A DNA stretch of 64,000 bases from IMG/VR virus record IMGVR_UViG_3300032320_001447, positions 64,001 to 128,000 of that record. One strand, 5' to 3'. The notes under the pieces were generated by a model. That model was not told the origin of the DNA and made no database searches. It saw nothing but the letters and a program-made list of their open reading frames with translations. Numbering within the stretch: position 1 is the stretch's first letter; every line of letters starts with the position of its first letter. Below are positions 48,372-57,422 of the stretch, piece after piece. This stretch comes from a virus. Its lineage: Duplodnaviria; Caudoviricetes. The translations under genes and the position numbers were made by a program.

Positions 48372-50765
48372 ATGAGTTATAAAGAAGTTTTTAGCGGCAT
48401 TTATGATAATTTTGGTTTCGGAAGTTTGGAAAGCCGATCAGGTCCAGGCAGTACTTTAGAAGAAACTAAATTTCTTAGAGAGAAATTAAAAGAAATAGTA
48501 AAACAGAAAGACATAAAATCTGTAGTAGATATACCTTGCGGTGACTTTAATTGGATGAAAGAGATTGTATTTAGTTTTGAATCTTATACTGGTGGAGATA
48601 TTGTGGAGCAGTGCATCAAAACTAATAGTGAAGAATACGGAAGCAAGAGAATAAAGTTTATTGACTTCGATCTGTTAAACGATAGTATTCCCGATTCTGA
48701 TCTTTTAATAGTTAGAGATATTGTTGGTCACTTTCCTTTAGAAGATGGAAAAAAGATAATTGATAACATACTCAGATCTAATTGTAAATATCTTTTAAGC
48801 ACCACATGGGCAAAAAACACAGAACAAGGTTGGAGTAATTGTGGTCCCATGGATGTACATAGAGAAAACGAAGGAGTTGATTATGGAAGATTCTATCCAG
48901 TTAATTTAATGGCGCACCCATTCAATTTTCCATTAGCCGAAGTATTTTTAGAAGAAGACGTACGCGTAGATAATTTTGATAATGGAAATAGAAAGGCTTT
49001 AGCTCTATGGGATTTAGATAAAGTTAGAGAACATTTAAAAACAGTTGAACCAATACAATCTTTTAATACAGAATCAACAAAAAATTTAACAGTAGTTACA
49101 GGACTTTGGAATATTAATAGAAATGGCAGACCATTCGATCACTATATAGATAATTTTAAAAAGCTGTTAGATACCCCTCAGAATTTATTTATCTTTATTG
49201 AAAAAGAATATGAGCATTTAGTTTGGGATAAAAGATCTCCAAAAAATACTTTTGTTAAAATCTATGAGTTAGAAGACGTTAAAAACTTATACTCTCCTTT
49301 TTGGCAGAAAACTCAAGACCTTAGAAACAGTCCAGATTGGCATAATATCACTGGTGAAAATGGATGGTTAAAAGACAGTCCGCAGGCTAGCTTAGAGTGG
49401 TATAATCCAATAGTAATGTCAAAAATGTTTATGCTACACGATGTAACCATTTGGAATCCTTTTGATACAGAGTATTTTATATGGTTAGACGCAGGAATTA
49501 CTAATACTGTATATGAAAAATATTTTACAGAAAATAATGTGCTAAATAAAATAACTAGTTACTTAGATCCGTTCCTATTTTTATCTTATCCTTACGAAGC
49601 TGTCGATGAAATTCATGGATTTAAGTATGGAGAAATGAATAGGTATGCAGGTACTAAAGTAGAATATGTATGTAGAGGAGGGTTATTCGGAGGAAGCAAA
49701 GCCGCTATACATGAAGCAAATAGTGAATATTACAGTTTACTAAACAATACCTTATCTGACGGGTTGATGGGAACAGAAGAAAGCATTTTTACTATAATGT
49801 CTTATCTTTATCCTAACAGATATAGAAGATTCGAATTAGACAGTAACGGTTTAGTAATTAAATTTATACAAGCTTTAGATAGCGAAAATTTGCAGTTATC
49901 CGAAATTAAAAAGGATTTGGATTTTATACCTAATAAAAATGTTAACGTAGATAATTTAAAGACATCTATTTACATGTTGACTTTTAATTTTCCTCATCAA
50001 GTAGAACACACAATTCAAACTTGGTTAAAGCACTCAAGATTCATTAGCAATACAAGAAATATTTTAATAGATAATTCGACAAATGAAGAGGCTAGAATTG
50101 CCAATAAAGAAATTTGTGATAAGTACGGATTCGAACATATCATAACAAATGAAAACGCCGGTATCAATGGAGGCAGATTCAGAGCGGCCCAGCACTTCCA
50201 AGAATCAGATAGCGATTACTACTTATTTTTAGAAGACGATATGGGAATCCATCCTCCAGAAGAATTAGGTTTTTGTAGAAATGGATTTAGATATTTTGTT
50301 CCTAATTTGTACGATAACATTCTTAAGATAATGCACGGAAGCGATTTAGACTTTCTAAAATTATCTTACACAGAAGTTTACATGGATAACAATATTCAAG
50401 TCTCTTGGTATAATGTTCCTCAAACAGTTAGATCTGAATTTTGGCCCGATTATGATAAACTTCCTGTAACAGGACTTGACACTAATTGTCCTAGAACCGC
50501 TTTCAACAAAATAGAAGTCGTAGACGGTCTTAGCTATATTACTGGAGAAATCTATTACGCTAACTGGCCTATGATTGTGGGTAGAAAAGGCAATCAAAAG
50601 ATGTTCTTAGACACTACTTGGGCTAGACCTTACGAACAGACTTGGATGAGTTATATGTTCCAAGAAACTAAAAAAGGTAATTTAAAACCAGCGGTGTTAT
50701 TAGCTAGCCCAATTAACCACGATAGAATAGCTCACTATAAACCCGAAGAAAGACGAGAGAACTAA
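48372..50765 (+). CDS. Three-domain protein: methyltransferase-like + HtrL/YibB-like glycosyltransferase + GT-A glycosyltransferase
   Basis: SGPGST...VVDIPCGDFNWM...GGDIV; TVVTGLW...MSK.FML...NPFDTEYFIWLDAG...GGLFGG...GTEE; LIDNS...YYLFLEDD. Confidence 0.78.
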   Translation: MSYKEVFSGIYDNFGFGSLESRSGPGSTLEETKFLREKLKEIVKQKDIKSVVDIPCGDFNWMKEIVFSFESYTGGDIVEQCIKTNSEEYGSKRIKFIDFDLLNDSIPDSDLLIVRDIVGHFPLEDGKKIIDNILRSNCKYLLSTTWAKNTEQGWSNCGPMDVHRENEGVDYGRFYPVNLMAHPFNFPLAEVFLEEDVRVDNFDNGNRKALALWDLDKVREHLKTVEPIQSFNTESTKNLTVVTGLWNINRNGRPFDHYIDNFKKLLDTPQNLFIFIEKEYEHLVWDKRSPKNTFVKIYELEDVKNLYSPFWQKTQDLRNSPDWHNITGENGWLKDSPQASLEWYNPIVMSKMFMLHDVTIWNPFDTEYFIWLDAGITNTVYEKYFTENNVLNKITSYLDPFLFLSYPYEAVDEIHGFKYGEMNRYAGTKVEYVCRGGLFGGSKAAIHEANSEYYSLLNNTLSDGLMGTEESIFTIMSYLYPNRYRRFELDSNGLVIKFIQALDSENLQLSEIKKDLDFIPNKNVNVDNLKTSIYMLTFNFPHQVEHTIQTWLKHSRFISNTRNILIDNSTNEEARIANKEICDKYGFEHIITNENAGINGGRFRAAQHFQESDSDYYLFLEDDMGIHPPEELGFCRNGFRYFVPNLYDNILKIMHGSDLDFLKLSYTEVYMDNNIQVSWYNVPQTVRSEFWPDYDKLPVTGLDTNCPRTAFNKIEVVDGLSYITGEIYYANWPMIVGRKGNQKMFLDTTWARPYEQTWMSYMFQETKKGNLKPAVLLASPINHDRIAHYKPEERREN

Positions 50766-50772
50766 TATTTAT
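50765..50772 (+). promoter_or_regulatory. Putative late promoter ATATTTAT (representative; + strand copies also at 26488, 30093, 38391, 51086, 62128)
   Basis: Same motif 5-20 nt upstream of many late gene starts. Confidence 0.7.
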
Positions 50773-50778
50773 TAAAGT

Positions 50779-51084
50779 ATGCCAGCAGTACCAGTAGTAC
50801 CATATTCTCTATCCTTTTTGGCCGAATCAACGATTTACCAAAACGAGGTTAGATGTAAAGTTAACGAAAACGATTTTAATTATACACTTAATAGATCTGC
50901 TATTATAGAAGGAACTAGCGGATCTTATATAAATGCTGTAACTGGATCAGAATTTAGGCCTTACGCAACTACCGTGGGTTTATACAACGATGCAGATGAA
51001 TTATTAGTGGTTGGTAAATTATCCACTCCATATCCTATTCCTTCAAATACAGATATGACCTTTATTATTCGTTGGGATAGCTAA
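50779..51084 (+). CDS. Stand-alone C-terminal module of baseplate/tail protein family
   Basis: DFNYTLN.S...PYATTVGLYND.DELLVVGKLS.P...IRWD matches the C-terminus of 39090-40121. Confidence 0.75.
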   Translation: MPAVPVVPYSLSFLAESTIYQNEVRCKVNENDFNYTLNRSAIIEGTSGSYINAVTGSEFRPYATTVGLYNDADELLVVGKLSTPYPIPSNTDMTFIIRWDS

Positions 51085-51106
51085 GATATTTATTAGAAAG
51101 CAGTCT

Positions 51107-51580
51107 ATGTCAAATTGGTTATACGAAGGGAAACAGCTCACTCAACTAAAAGATTTCCCAGATGATGTTGTAGGATTTGTCTACAAAGTCACAAACAATA
51201 AAACTGGCAAATTCTACGTCGGTAAAAAAATCCTTAGAAACGTTCTAACAAAAACGCTAACAAAGAGAGAAATTTCAGAGTGGATTAAACCAGGGCGTAT
51301 TCCAAAGAAAAGAAAGGAAATTAAAGAAAGCAATTGGGCAGACTATTACGGTTCAAGCAAATTGGTAACAGAAGACATTAAAACCTTCGGTAAAGAAGCA
51401 TTCACTAGAGAGATATTAAGAGTTTGCACGACCAAGAAACAGATGAGCTATTGGGAGACTTATTATCAAATGACACTAAAAGTTTTAGAGGTGAATAGCT
51501 ATAACGAGAATATAGCAGGTAAATGGTACCGCAGGGATGTCAATCCAATCACACCCGAGCTCGAGGCCGAAGAGGAATAA
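51107..51580 (+). CDS. GIY-YIG (Seg-like) endonuclease
   Basis: GFVYKVTN..TGKFYVGKK, YYGSS, F.REIL, YNENI. Confidence 0.8.
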   Translation: MSNWLYEGKQLTQLKDFPDDVVGFVYKVTNNKTGKFYVGKKILRNVLTKTLTKREISEWIKPGRIPKKRKEIKESNWADYYGSSKLVTEDIKTFGKEAFTREILRVCTTKKQMSYWETYYQMTLKVLEVNSYNENIAGKWYRRDVNPITPELEAEEE

Positions 51581-51608
51581 GATTTACGATAGAATATTAA
51601 AACAAAAT

Positions 51609-51640
51609 AAAAGGGAGCCCGAATGAGCTCCCTTTCTTAT
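51609..51640. terminator. Bidirectional terminator between convergent blocks
   Basis: AAAGGGAGC-ccgaatga-GCTCCCTTT. Confidence 0.8.
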
Positions 51641-51665
51641 TTACTAACCGTATGATCCTAATATA

Positions 51666-52094
51666 TTATTTGTTTATCTTTACATGCGTAAATTTTTCCC
51701 ACTCATTAGCCAAAGATGGATCTATTGCTCTAACCGCGGTATTTACTTTGTGTATAAGATCATTTTTTCCCCCAACTTCTGGACTATTAATAGTAATCAC
51801 ATTCGATGAGGTATCCACTTTAATTGGTTCTTTTTGAGATTTGTCTACCTTTACTAAATAATCTGTGCTGCGATTAGATTGTTTATTGAATATTCCTATT
51901 TCTTTATCTAAATGCACTGTTGCAGTTGCACCTTTTCTTAAAGCGTCTTTGAAATCTTGATTTGATTTACGAGCGCCTCCTACTAAAGCAGCTACAGCCA
52001 ATGCAGCACCAATACTAACGTTTTTAAAAATTCCTTCTTCTAAGGCATCTATTTTAGCCTCTGTAAGTATATCGTTTAAATTAATTTGCGCCAT
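51666..52094 (-). CDS. Hypothetical late protein with capsid-targeting-like N-terminus and hydrophobic segment
   Basis: MAQINLNDILTE, LEEG, IGAALAVAALVGG; late motif upstream. Confidence 0.55.
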   Translation of the reverse strand: MAQINLNDILTEAKIDALEEGIFKNVSIGAALAVAALVGGARKSNQDFKDALRKGATATVHLDKEIGIFNKQSNRSTDYLVKVDKSQKEPIKVDTSSNVITINSPEVGGKNDLIHKVNTAVRAIDPSLANEWEKFTHVKINK

Positions 52095-52115
52095 TACAAA
52101 AGTTTTTAATAAATA

Positions 52116-53120
52116 TTAATACATTAAGCTTCTGTGCTGTATTCCCTCTAAAAACTCATCTTGGCCCTCTTTTGCCAAACTAAACGTGTCAGGGAAAATC
52201 CAAGTGTAAGGAATATTCTTGGTCGGCTTCTTTTCACCATGAGAGATTGCGATGTGCTTCCAAAAGAAACATGTCTTATCTTCTATGTTCAGATACTTCT
52301 GGGAAGTCATGGGATTAGATGGGTGATTCACTAACAGATCCATCTGATATAACCATTGCTCCGCCTGTTTGTTCTCTGGCGTGAACACTCCGGCTTCGTT
52401 AATAGTATACTTAACTTTACCGTTTAGGTTCTGACCACCGAATATCTGGTGCAATCCATCGAAGTGACCAGTGCCACCGAATAGAATAGACTCGGGATCT
52501 ACTAAGTGTGGATAGCTCATTGCGATGTATCTTGCAGTGTTCTTACATGGATACAAAGGACTTCTAAAGTTTTGATGCTCTTTAAAGTACTTCTCAAGAA
52601 TCTTTGCAAACTCCATCATTGTGTACTTTCCACGTTTACCATCTTCAACGTCCTGTAAAATGTAAGCCAATTCTTGACCAGCAATTCTAGGTCCGTGTAG
52701 CAACCAACTCTTAACGTCTGTGCCCTTTGGATAATAGATTTGGAATAGATCGTTTCTCGCATGACGATTGTTAACGAAGTGTTCTTTGGTTGCCTCTACA
52801 CCTTCTTTTGCAAGTTTCATAAAGGTTCCCCAATGCTCGTTACTAAAACTAAATACTAGAGTGTAAAACATTCTTAGCTCGTTGTCAGTAACATTATCTC
52901 GCATGTAATAGCAATATGGATGTTCGTGCCAGTGCAAACGATGAGAGAAGATCTGATACTCGTCCTTTAATAAACCGTCTTGTCTTGTGTCGTATTTTTG
53001 GCAGAACTCAAAGAACTTTTCAATGCGTTGCTCTAATGGCCAATCTCGCATCCAAGAGTCCTTTGGTTTCTTGCCTTTGAATTCTACTTCACAAGTGTTT
53101 GGAAATAAAATATCACTCAT
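52116..53120 (-). CDS. Putative DNA hypermodification enzyme (aGPT-Pplase/amino acid:DNA transferase-like)
   Basis: FFEFC...D.LL..Y..FS.R N-terminal pattern; C-terminal NIED.TC; context with paralog-like gene and a glycosylase. Confidence 0.4.
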   Translation of the reverse strand: MSDILFPNTCEVEFKGKKPKDSWMRDWPLEQRIEKFFEFCQKYDTRQDGLLKDEYQIFSHRLHWHEHPYCYYMRDNVTDNELRMFYTLVFSFSNEHWGTFMKLAKEGVEATKEHFVNNRHARNDLFQIYYPKGTDVKSWLLHGPRIAGQELAYILQDVEDGKRGKYTMMEFAKILEKYFKEHQNFRSPLYPCKNTARYIAMSYPHLVDPESILFGGTGHFDGLHQIFGGQNLNGKVKYTINEAGVFTPENKQAEQWLYQMDLLVNHPSNPMTSQKYLNIEDKTCFFWKHIAISHGEKKPTKNIPYTWIFPDTFSLAKEGQDEFLEGIQHRSLMY

Positions 53121-53617
53121 TATTTTGTTAATTTTTTTCTAAAAATAGATGTGCCGTGTTCTAAGATATTTTTTTCTTCCTCATTAGTTATCTTAAAAAT
53201 CTTCTTAATATAAGCAGGATTTCTTGGAATAACTAAAGACAATTTTTTCTCTGGGTTAAAAGAGCCTTCTAATACTTTTGTCATGCATTGTTTAGGATCT
53301 ACTTCTAATACGTAACCATCATATTCGTGTGGTACTCTAGAAGGTAGAGATAAAATTAAAAACTTATCGCACTTGAATATGTTGTTTATATTCTGTGTGG
53401 TTTTACCCTCGTTGATTGCCCAACAATCGAATTTAACAAATGGAGTAATTGCTTTTACTTGCACCGTAGCTCCGTCTATTTTCATGTCCCAATAACCGAA
53501 TTCGTCTGTGTTAATTTCTACTTGGTGTTTTTTTGAATAGTGATTGTACACTATTTTTTCTGCGATATTGCCCGTTGCTTTTATTTTAAAGGCATCGCGT
53601 TGTGTTGTTTGTTTCAT
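53120..53617 (-). CDS. PD-(D/E)xK-like nuclease
   Basis: GNIAEKIV...WDMKIDGATVQVK (E..D..QxK). Confidence 0.55.
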   Translation of the reverse strand: MKQTTQRDAFKIKATGNIAEKIVYNHYSKKHQVEINTDEFGYWDMKIDGATVQVKAITPFVKFDCWAINEGKTTQNINNIFKCDKFLILSLPSRVPHEYDGYVLEVDPKQCMTKVLEGSFNPEKKLSLVIPRNPAYIKKIFKITNEEEKNILEHGTSIFRKKLTK

Positions 53618-54783
53618 TTATAATGTTCTTGTACCCTTTCCTTGTATTGTTCTTCTGTTATAAGAAGTGATTTAAGTACCTTGTCATCGGAAGGGTGTTC
53701 TGTAATACCGTTAAAACTTGGGACAAGTCCAAGATCTAACATTGCTTTTTGACGACCGTATGGATGGTCTTTAATACTGCTGCTGTTCCATACATGATCG
53801 AAATCTAAGTGATCGTAGTCTGCGCCTGGTTTTACGTAGTTCTCAATCCATCTAATTGAGTCACACGCAACGTCCTCTGCGTTGTACGGAAAACTACCAG
53901 TGTCGTCGTATATCTTCATCATTACTGAATCCAAAAATACTTCTTCTTGCATTTTCGTAGACTTCTTTGCTAAATAGCTAACGCACTCCTTTGCATTCGT
54001 ACCGTAATAGAATGGACTTTCACGGTTAACAAATTCAGGGAACCAGTCTGCTATGTCAGCAATAAATGCAGCGTACTGAAATCTAAAAGCTCTAAGTCCT
54101 CTGTCTGTGTTCCACTTAAACATAAAGTCTCCTACTTCTCTCAAGTTTTTCTTTCCTCCAGTTTCTAAGAAGGTAGCTACGTCTTCTGCTAACTGAGGAA
54201 CGAATTCGCAAAGGAAATAATCTCCTCCACGTTTGTAATCTCCTTGAGGTTTAGGGAAACTTGGGAACTGATAACCTACCGATGTGTAAAATGGTTTAGT
54301 TGCTCCTTTTATGATGTCGATTAGCTGAGGTATATTGTCAGCTTGATGCATCTCGAACAAGAGTGTGTTGTGATACCCTGAGGGTTTCATCGAGTAGTTA
54401 ATAGCGGACCCTGTTAATCTGTGAAACAAGAACAAATAGATCCACTCTCTTAAACCGAACACGTCGCGCTTACCTGTCCAATTTTTAGAAACTGTTTCTC
54501 TCTGTTTTGTCATGTGACCTTGAGTCATTTTATTCCAGTAAGGGTGATCTTCGGAAAAACCGTAAAACACATCGTTAACTATCTGTGAGAATCCTGCGTA
54601 CTTTCTTTCAACCACGTCGTATAGTTCAACGTGTTTCATTAATTCGTCAGGTACAGAACTGTCTGCATGTTTTATAATTCCTAAGTTACACTCTTCTTGT
54701 TGTGTTTTAGCCATTTGGTAATAGCGTAAAAATTCTTCGTAATACGGTGTGGTTGTAATCCACTTCGGGCTTGCTGTAATCAT
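53614..54783 (-). CDS. Putative DNA hypermodification enzyme (aGPT-Pplase/amino acid:DNA transferase-like)
   Basis: YEEFLRYY...D.LM....YDVVERKYAG, FLFHRLTGS, FQYAAFIADIADW, NAEDVACD. Confidence 0.45.
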   Translation of the reverse strand: MITASPKWITTTPYYEEFLRYYQMAKTQQEECNLGIIKHADSSVPDELMKHVELYDVVERKYAGFSQIVNDVFYGFSEDHPYWNKMTQGHMTKQRETVSKNWTGKRDVFGLREWIYLFLFHRLTGSAINYSMKPSGYHNTLLFEMHQADNIPQLIDIIKGATKPFYTSVGYQFPSFPKPQGDYKRGGDYFLCEFVPQLAEDVATFLETGGKKNLREVGDFMFKWNTDRGLRAFRFQYAAFIADIADWFPEFVNRESPFYYGTNAKECVSYLAKKSTKMQEEVFLDSVMMKIYDDTGSFPYNAEDVACDSIRWIENYVKPGADYDHLDFDHVWNSSSIKDHPYGRQKAMLDLGLVPSFNGITEHPSDDKVLKSLLITEEQYKERVQEHYK

Positions 54784-54786
54784 ATT

Positions 54787-55566
54787 TTAATTTTGTGCTT
54801 CTAATTGTCTTCTTGCTTCCATTCTTTTTTGCATCGCGTCTACGTGTATGCTGTAGTAAGACTCATCGGTATCCAACCAATGCTCTTCGTCTACCCACTC
54901 TTCTCTACCGAATCCGATGCCTGCTATTTTAAGATGCACAGCGCCTTCGCGTTTCAATGCAATGCGTTTAGTTTTCTCAATCGCTTCGTTTTGAGTTCTT
55001 GCCATAACACAACAAACATAATCTTGTAATCGATTCCAATTAGGTTGCTCTTCTCTTGAATTAGTGTAGTGCGCGTAATAAACAGTTGTGGGTTTTGGTG
55101 TACCTTCTTCTCTTAGTACCCTTTCTTTTTCAGTTCTTGCCCACTCGACGTAGAAGTTTAGTACGTGGTCCTCAGGATCAACTTCGTCGTACTCGTTACG
55201 CTGAAATATTCTCCAAGAATCTATTGCATACTTACCAACTCCTTTAAGTCCAATTAGTTTGTGAGTAGGAATATAGATAGGATTACCATACTCTTGTACT
55301 AACTCCAACCACTCATAAGAGAACTGTTTCCAAGCTTTTACTCTTTTGTTGTAAAAACCTAAAGGCTTGATTATCTCTATGACCTCTGCGTCCGGACAAT
55401 CGATTAGACGTTCTGCTGTACCGCATTTGTTAAAGAAGTGTTCTCTAACTTCGTCTACTTGTCTGTGGTGGGTTTGGTTTAGCATGAAACAGACCATTAA
55501 CATTTTCCATGGGTCGTCTCTGTACTCTTCCTGTCTAGTAAGGTAGGGTGATGTTTGTAATCTCAT
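54787..55566 (-). CDS. MBD4-like HhH-GPD DNA glycosylase with C-terminal extension
   Basis: DPWKML..C.MLNQT, IKPLGFYNKR, LKGVGKYAIDSWRIF, PEDHVL..Y; start taken at MRLQTSPY. Confidence 0.8.
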   Translation of the reverse strand: MRLQTSPYLTRQEEYRDDPWKMLMVCFMLNQTHHRQVDEVREHFFNKCGTAERLIDCPDAEVIEIIKPLGFYNKRVKAWKQFSYEWLELVQEYGNPIYIPTHKLIGLKGVGKYAIDSWRIFQRNEYDEVDPEDHVLNFYVEWARTEKERVLREEGTPKPTTVYYAHYTNSREEQPNWNRLQDYVCCVMARTQNEAIEKTKRIALKREGAVHLKIAGIGFGREEWVDEEHWLDTDESYYSIHVDAMQKRMEARRQLEAQN

Positions 55567-55581
55567 AACTTTTATTGTAAT

Positions 55582-55589
55582 CAAATATA
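55582..55589 (-). promoter_or_regulatory. Bacteroidota-type -7 promoter element TATATTTG
   Basis: Matches TAnnTTTG 15 nt upstream of the ATG, which sits in AAAAGTTATG. Confidence 0.6.
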
Positions 55590-55633
55590 CGAAAAATATC
55601 TCAATTCTATTCGTTAAAGTTCCTAGTAACAAA

Positions 55634-55656
55634 GAAAAAGGGTCTAAGCCCTTTTC
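55634..55656 (-). terminator. Rho-independent terminator
   Basis: Minus strand AAAAGGG-cttaga-CCCTTTTTCTTT. Confidence 0.65.
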
Positions 55657-55826
55657 TATAATAATTCATATGTTACACCGAGTTCTTTTAGCTTTAGTTT
55701 TGCCTCTTCGAACTGAGTAGCCTCTTCGAAACAGAGTGCTCTTTTTGTTGGTCTGAATGCTACTAGTTTTATTTCTTCACATTCAATCGCTTGTTCGTCC
55801 ATCTCTTCTACTATCAAAACTTGCAT
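55656..55826 (-). CDS. Small hypothetical protein (56 aa)
   Basis: Not in ORF track; MQVLIVEEMDEQAIECEE...GVTYELL with AAGTTATG start. Confidence 0.6.
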   Translation of the reverse strand: MQVLIVEEMDEQAIECEEIKLVAFRPTKRALCFEEATQFEEAKLKLKELGVTYELL

Positions 55827-55844
55827 AACTTACTTGTTTTTATA

Positions 55845-57086
55845 TTAGAAATTTCTCTTAGCTGCGATCGTATCTTTAACGAACTGCAAAATCTCTCTGT
55901 AGTCGAATCCGTCAGCCATTAAGCTTTCGATACCTGCTTTTATTCTATCTCCACCTAAACTCATCATTCTATCGTCGTCGCTCATATCCATGTCATCATC
56001 GCCTCTAGTAATCTTATCGATACCAGTTTTGATAGAACCGAATGGATCTTCGTCTTCGTTTTGAATCATGTGTTCAGGCTCTGAGTAATCTATAGAAATA
56101 TCATCATTAAAATCGTGATTGATTTGTGTGCCATGATCTTCAGCTATTTCTTCAGCAGGTGTAAGCATTTTTTCTAACGTATTGAATATCTTTGCCATTA
56201 AAGCCAAATAGCCTTCTTTTGTTTTCCAAAGATCTGTACCAGCTGCAACTACTTTTTGTAGCTTTGGTTCGTCCAAAAATCCTTCTTCTGATTCGTGAAC
56301 TTCAACTGCGATACCGTCAACTCCTTCCCAACCTGGTGTAGCGTATATGATTGCGTTAGGGTATTTTTCGCTAGTCCAAGAGATTGATCCAGCTTGTTGT
56401 TCGATATCCGATTTCCAGTTACCGACTTCTTTACCTACTAAATCTTTTTCCCAATCCATTCTATCTGCTTTACCGTTCCAATCTGCAGTATCAGATCCAG
56501 CAAAGATATCGTCTTCAGCTTCTTTCATGTGTGGAGCCTTATAAGCCGCAGCTTTAGCACCAGTCACAGTTTTCTTGTCGTGATCTTTCTTGCTCATCTT
56601 GTCCAACATATCGCTTGAACGATGACGAGCCAGATTAGTGCGAGTGTTAGCGTGAGCCATTTTACCAGCATCGCCGATAGATTTAACGTCGCCTTTCTCT
56701 TCTAAACCGTTGTCTTCGTTCCAACCAATTTGATATCCGTTCTTTTCAATTACTTTTCTTGCTTTCTTTTCGTCTTTAGTGTACACTTCTGCCTCTTCTC
56801 CCACTTGATTGGCTTTAACTTTAGCTTTTACGCCAGCTTTGTCAAGTAAATATTGAAAGTGCTCTGCTTCCTCTTCGATATCATAAGCATCAGGACAAGG
56901 AATAACGAAAGCTAATTGCTTTTTACCCTCTTCCATTTCTTCTGTTTCTTCAACAGCTTCCTCTTTGATAACGTTGAAATCGCCCAACGCTTGGTTAATG
57001 TCTTGATACCACATTTCGTTCAGCTGTTGGTAAGATCCAACTTGATTCTGTTTCATGTAGTCTTTTAAGTCGAAGTTATTCTTCAT
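55845..57086 (-). CDS. Acidic multi-module late protein, putative internal head protein
   Basis: MKNNFDLKDYMKQN...LNE; modules bounded by x-x-E sites (IKEE, MEEG, LEE, MKEAE, IAED); late motif upstream. Confidence 0.55.
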   Translation of the reverse strand: MKNNFDLKDYMKQNQVGSYQQLNEMWYQDINQALGDFNVIKEEAVEETEEMEEGKKQLAFVIPCPDAYDIEEEAEHFQYLLDKAGVKAKVKANQVGEEAEVYTKDEKKARKVIEKNGYQIGWNEDNGLEEKGDVKSIGDAGKMAHANTRTNLARHRSSDMLDKMSKKDHDKKTVTGAKAAAYKAPHMKEAEDDIFAGSDTADWNGKADRMDWEKDLVGKEVGNWKSDIEQQAGSISWTSEKYPNAIIYATPGWEGVDGIAVEVHESEEGFLDEPKLQKVVAAGTDLWKTKEGYLALMAKIFNTLEKMLTPAEEIAEDHGTQINHDFNDDISIDYSEPEHMIQNEDEDPFGSIKTGIDKITRGDDDMDMSDDDRMMSLGGDRIKAGIESLMADGFDYREILQFVKDTIAAKRNF

Positions 57087-57196
57087 GTAATGTTGTTTAA
57101 TTATACGTTAATAAATATCGAGCCATATCATTTAGAAAACGCGCCATCGTCCCCGATAAGCAGTAAATATAGAAATAGAAAATTATGACTAATCCG

Positions 57197-57412
57197 CTAA
57201 AGAGGACCTACTGTAGTACGACTTCGGTACGTGGGAGCCTCGTATGTTACCATGGCTTGATGGTAAATGGTTTGTTGGAACTGCCCATTGGATTGGAAAT
57301 TGGCCGCCATACCACCCAAGGGTTGCCAGCCCTCCTTGATCATGCGGTTAATTTGATCCACGAATGCCTGCTCGCTGTTTGCGTACACGACCTCGTAACG
57401 TTGTATTTTCAT
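57197..57412 (-). CDS. DUF1737-like small protein
   Basis: YEVV...F...IN..IKEGWQPLGG...YHQAMV. Confidence 0.75.
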   Translation of the reverse strand: MKIQRYEVVYANSEQAFVDQINRMIKEGWQPLGGMAANFQSNGQFQQTIYHQAMVTYEAPTYRSRTTVGPL

Positions 57413-57422
57413 ATTTGTAAGT

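Noticed and set aside
40707-50778. Glyco-island as a transposon or self-splicing element
   Set aside because: No transposase or integrase, terminal repeats or intron structure seen; the downstream half has its own start and promoter motif
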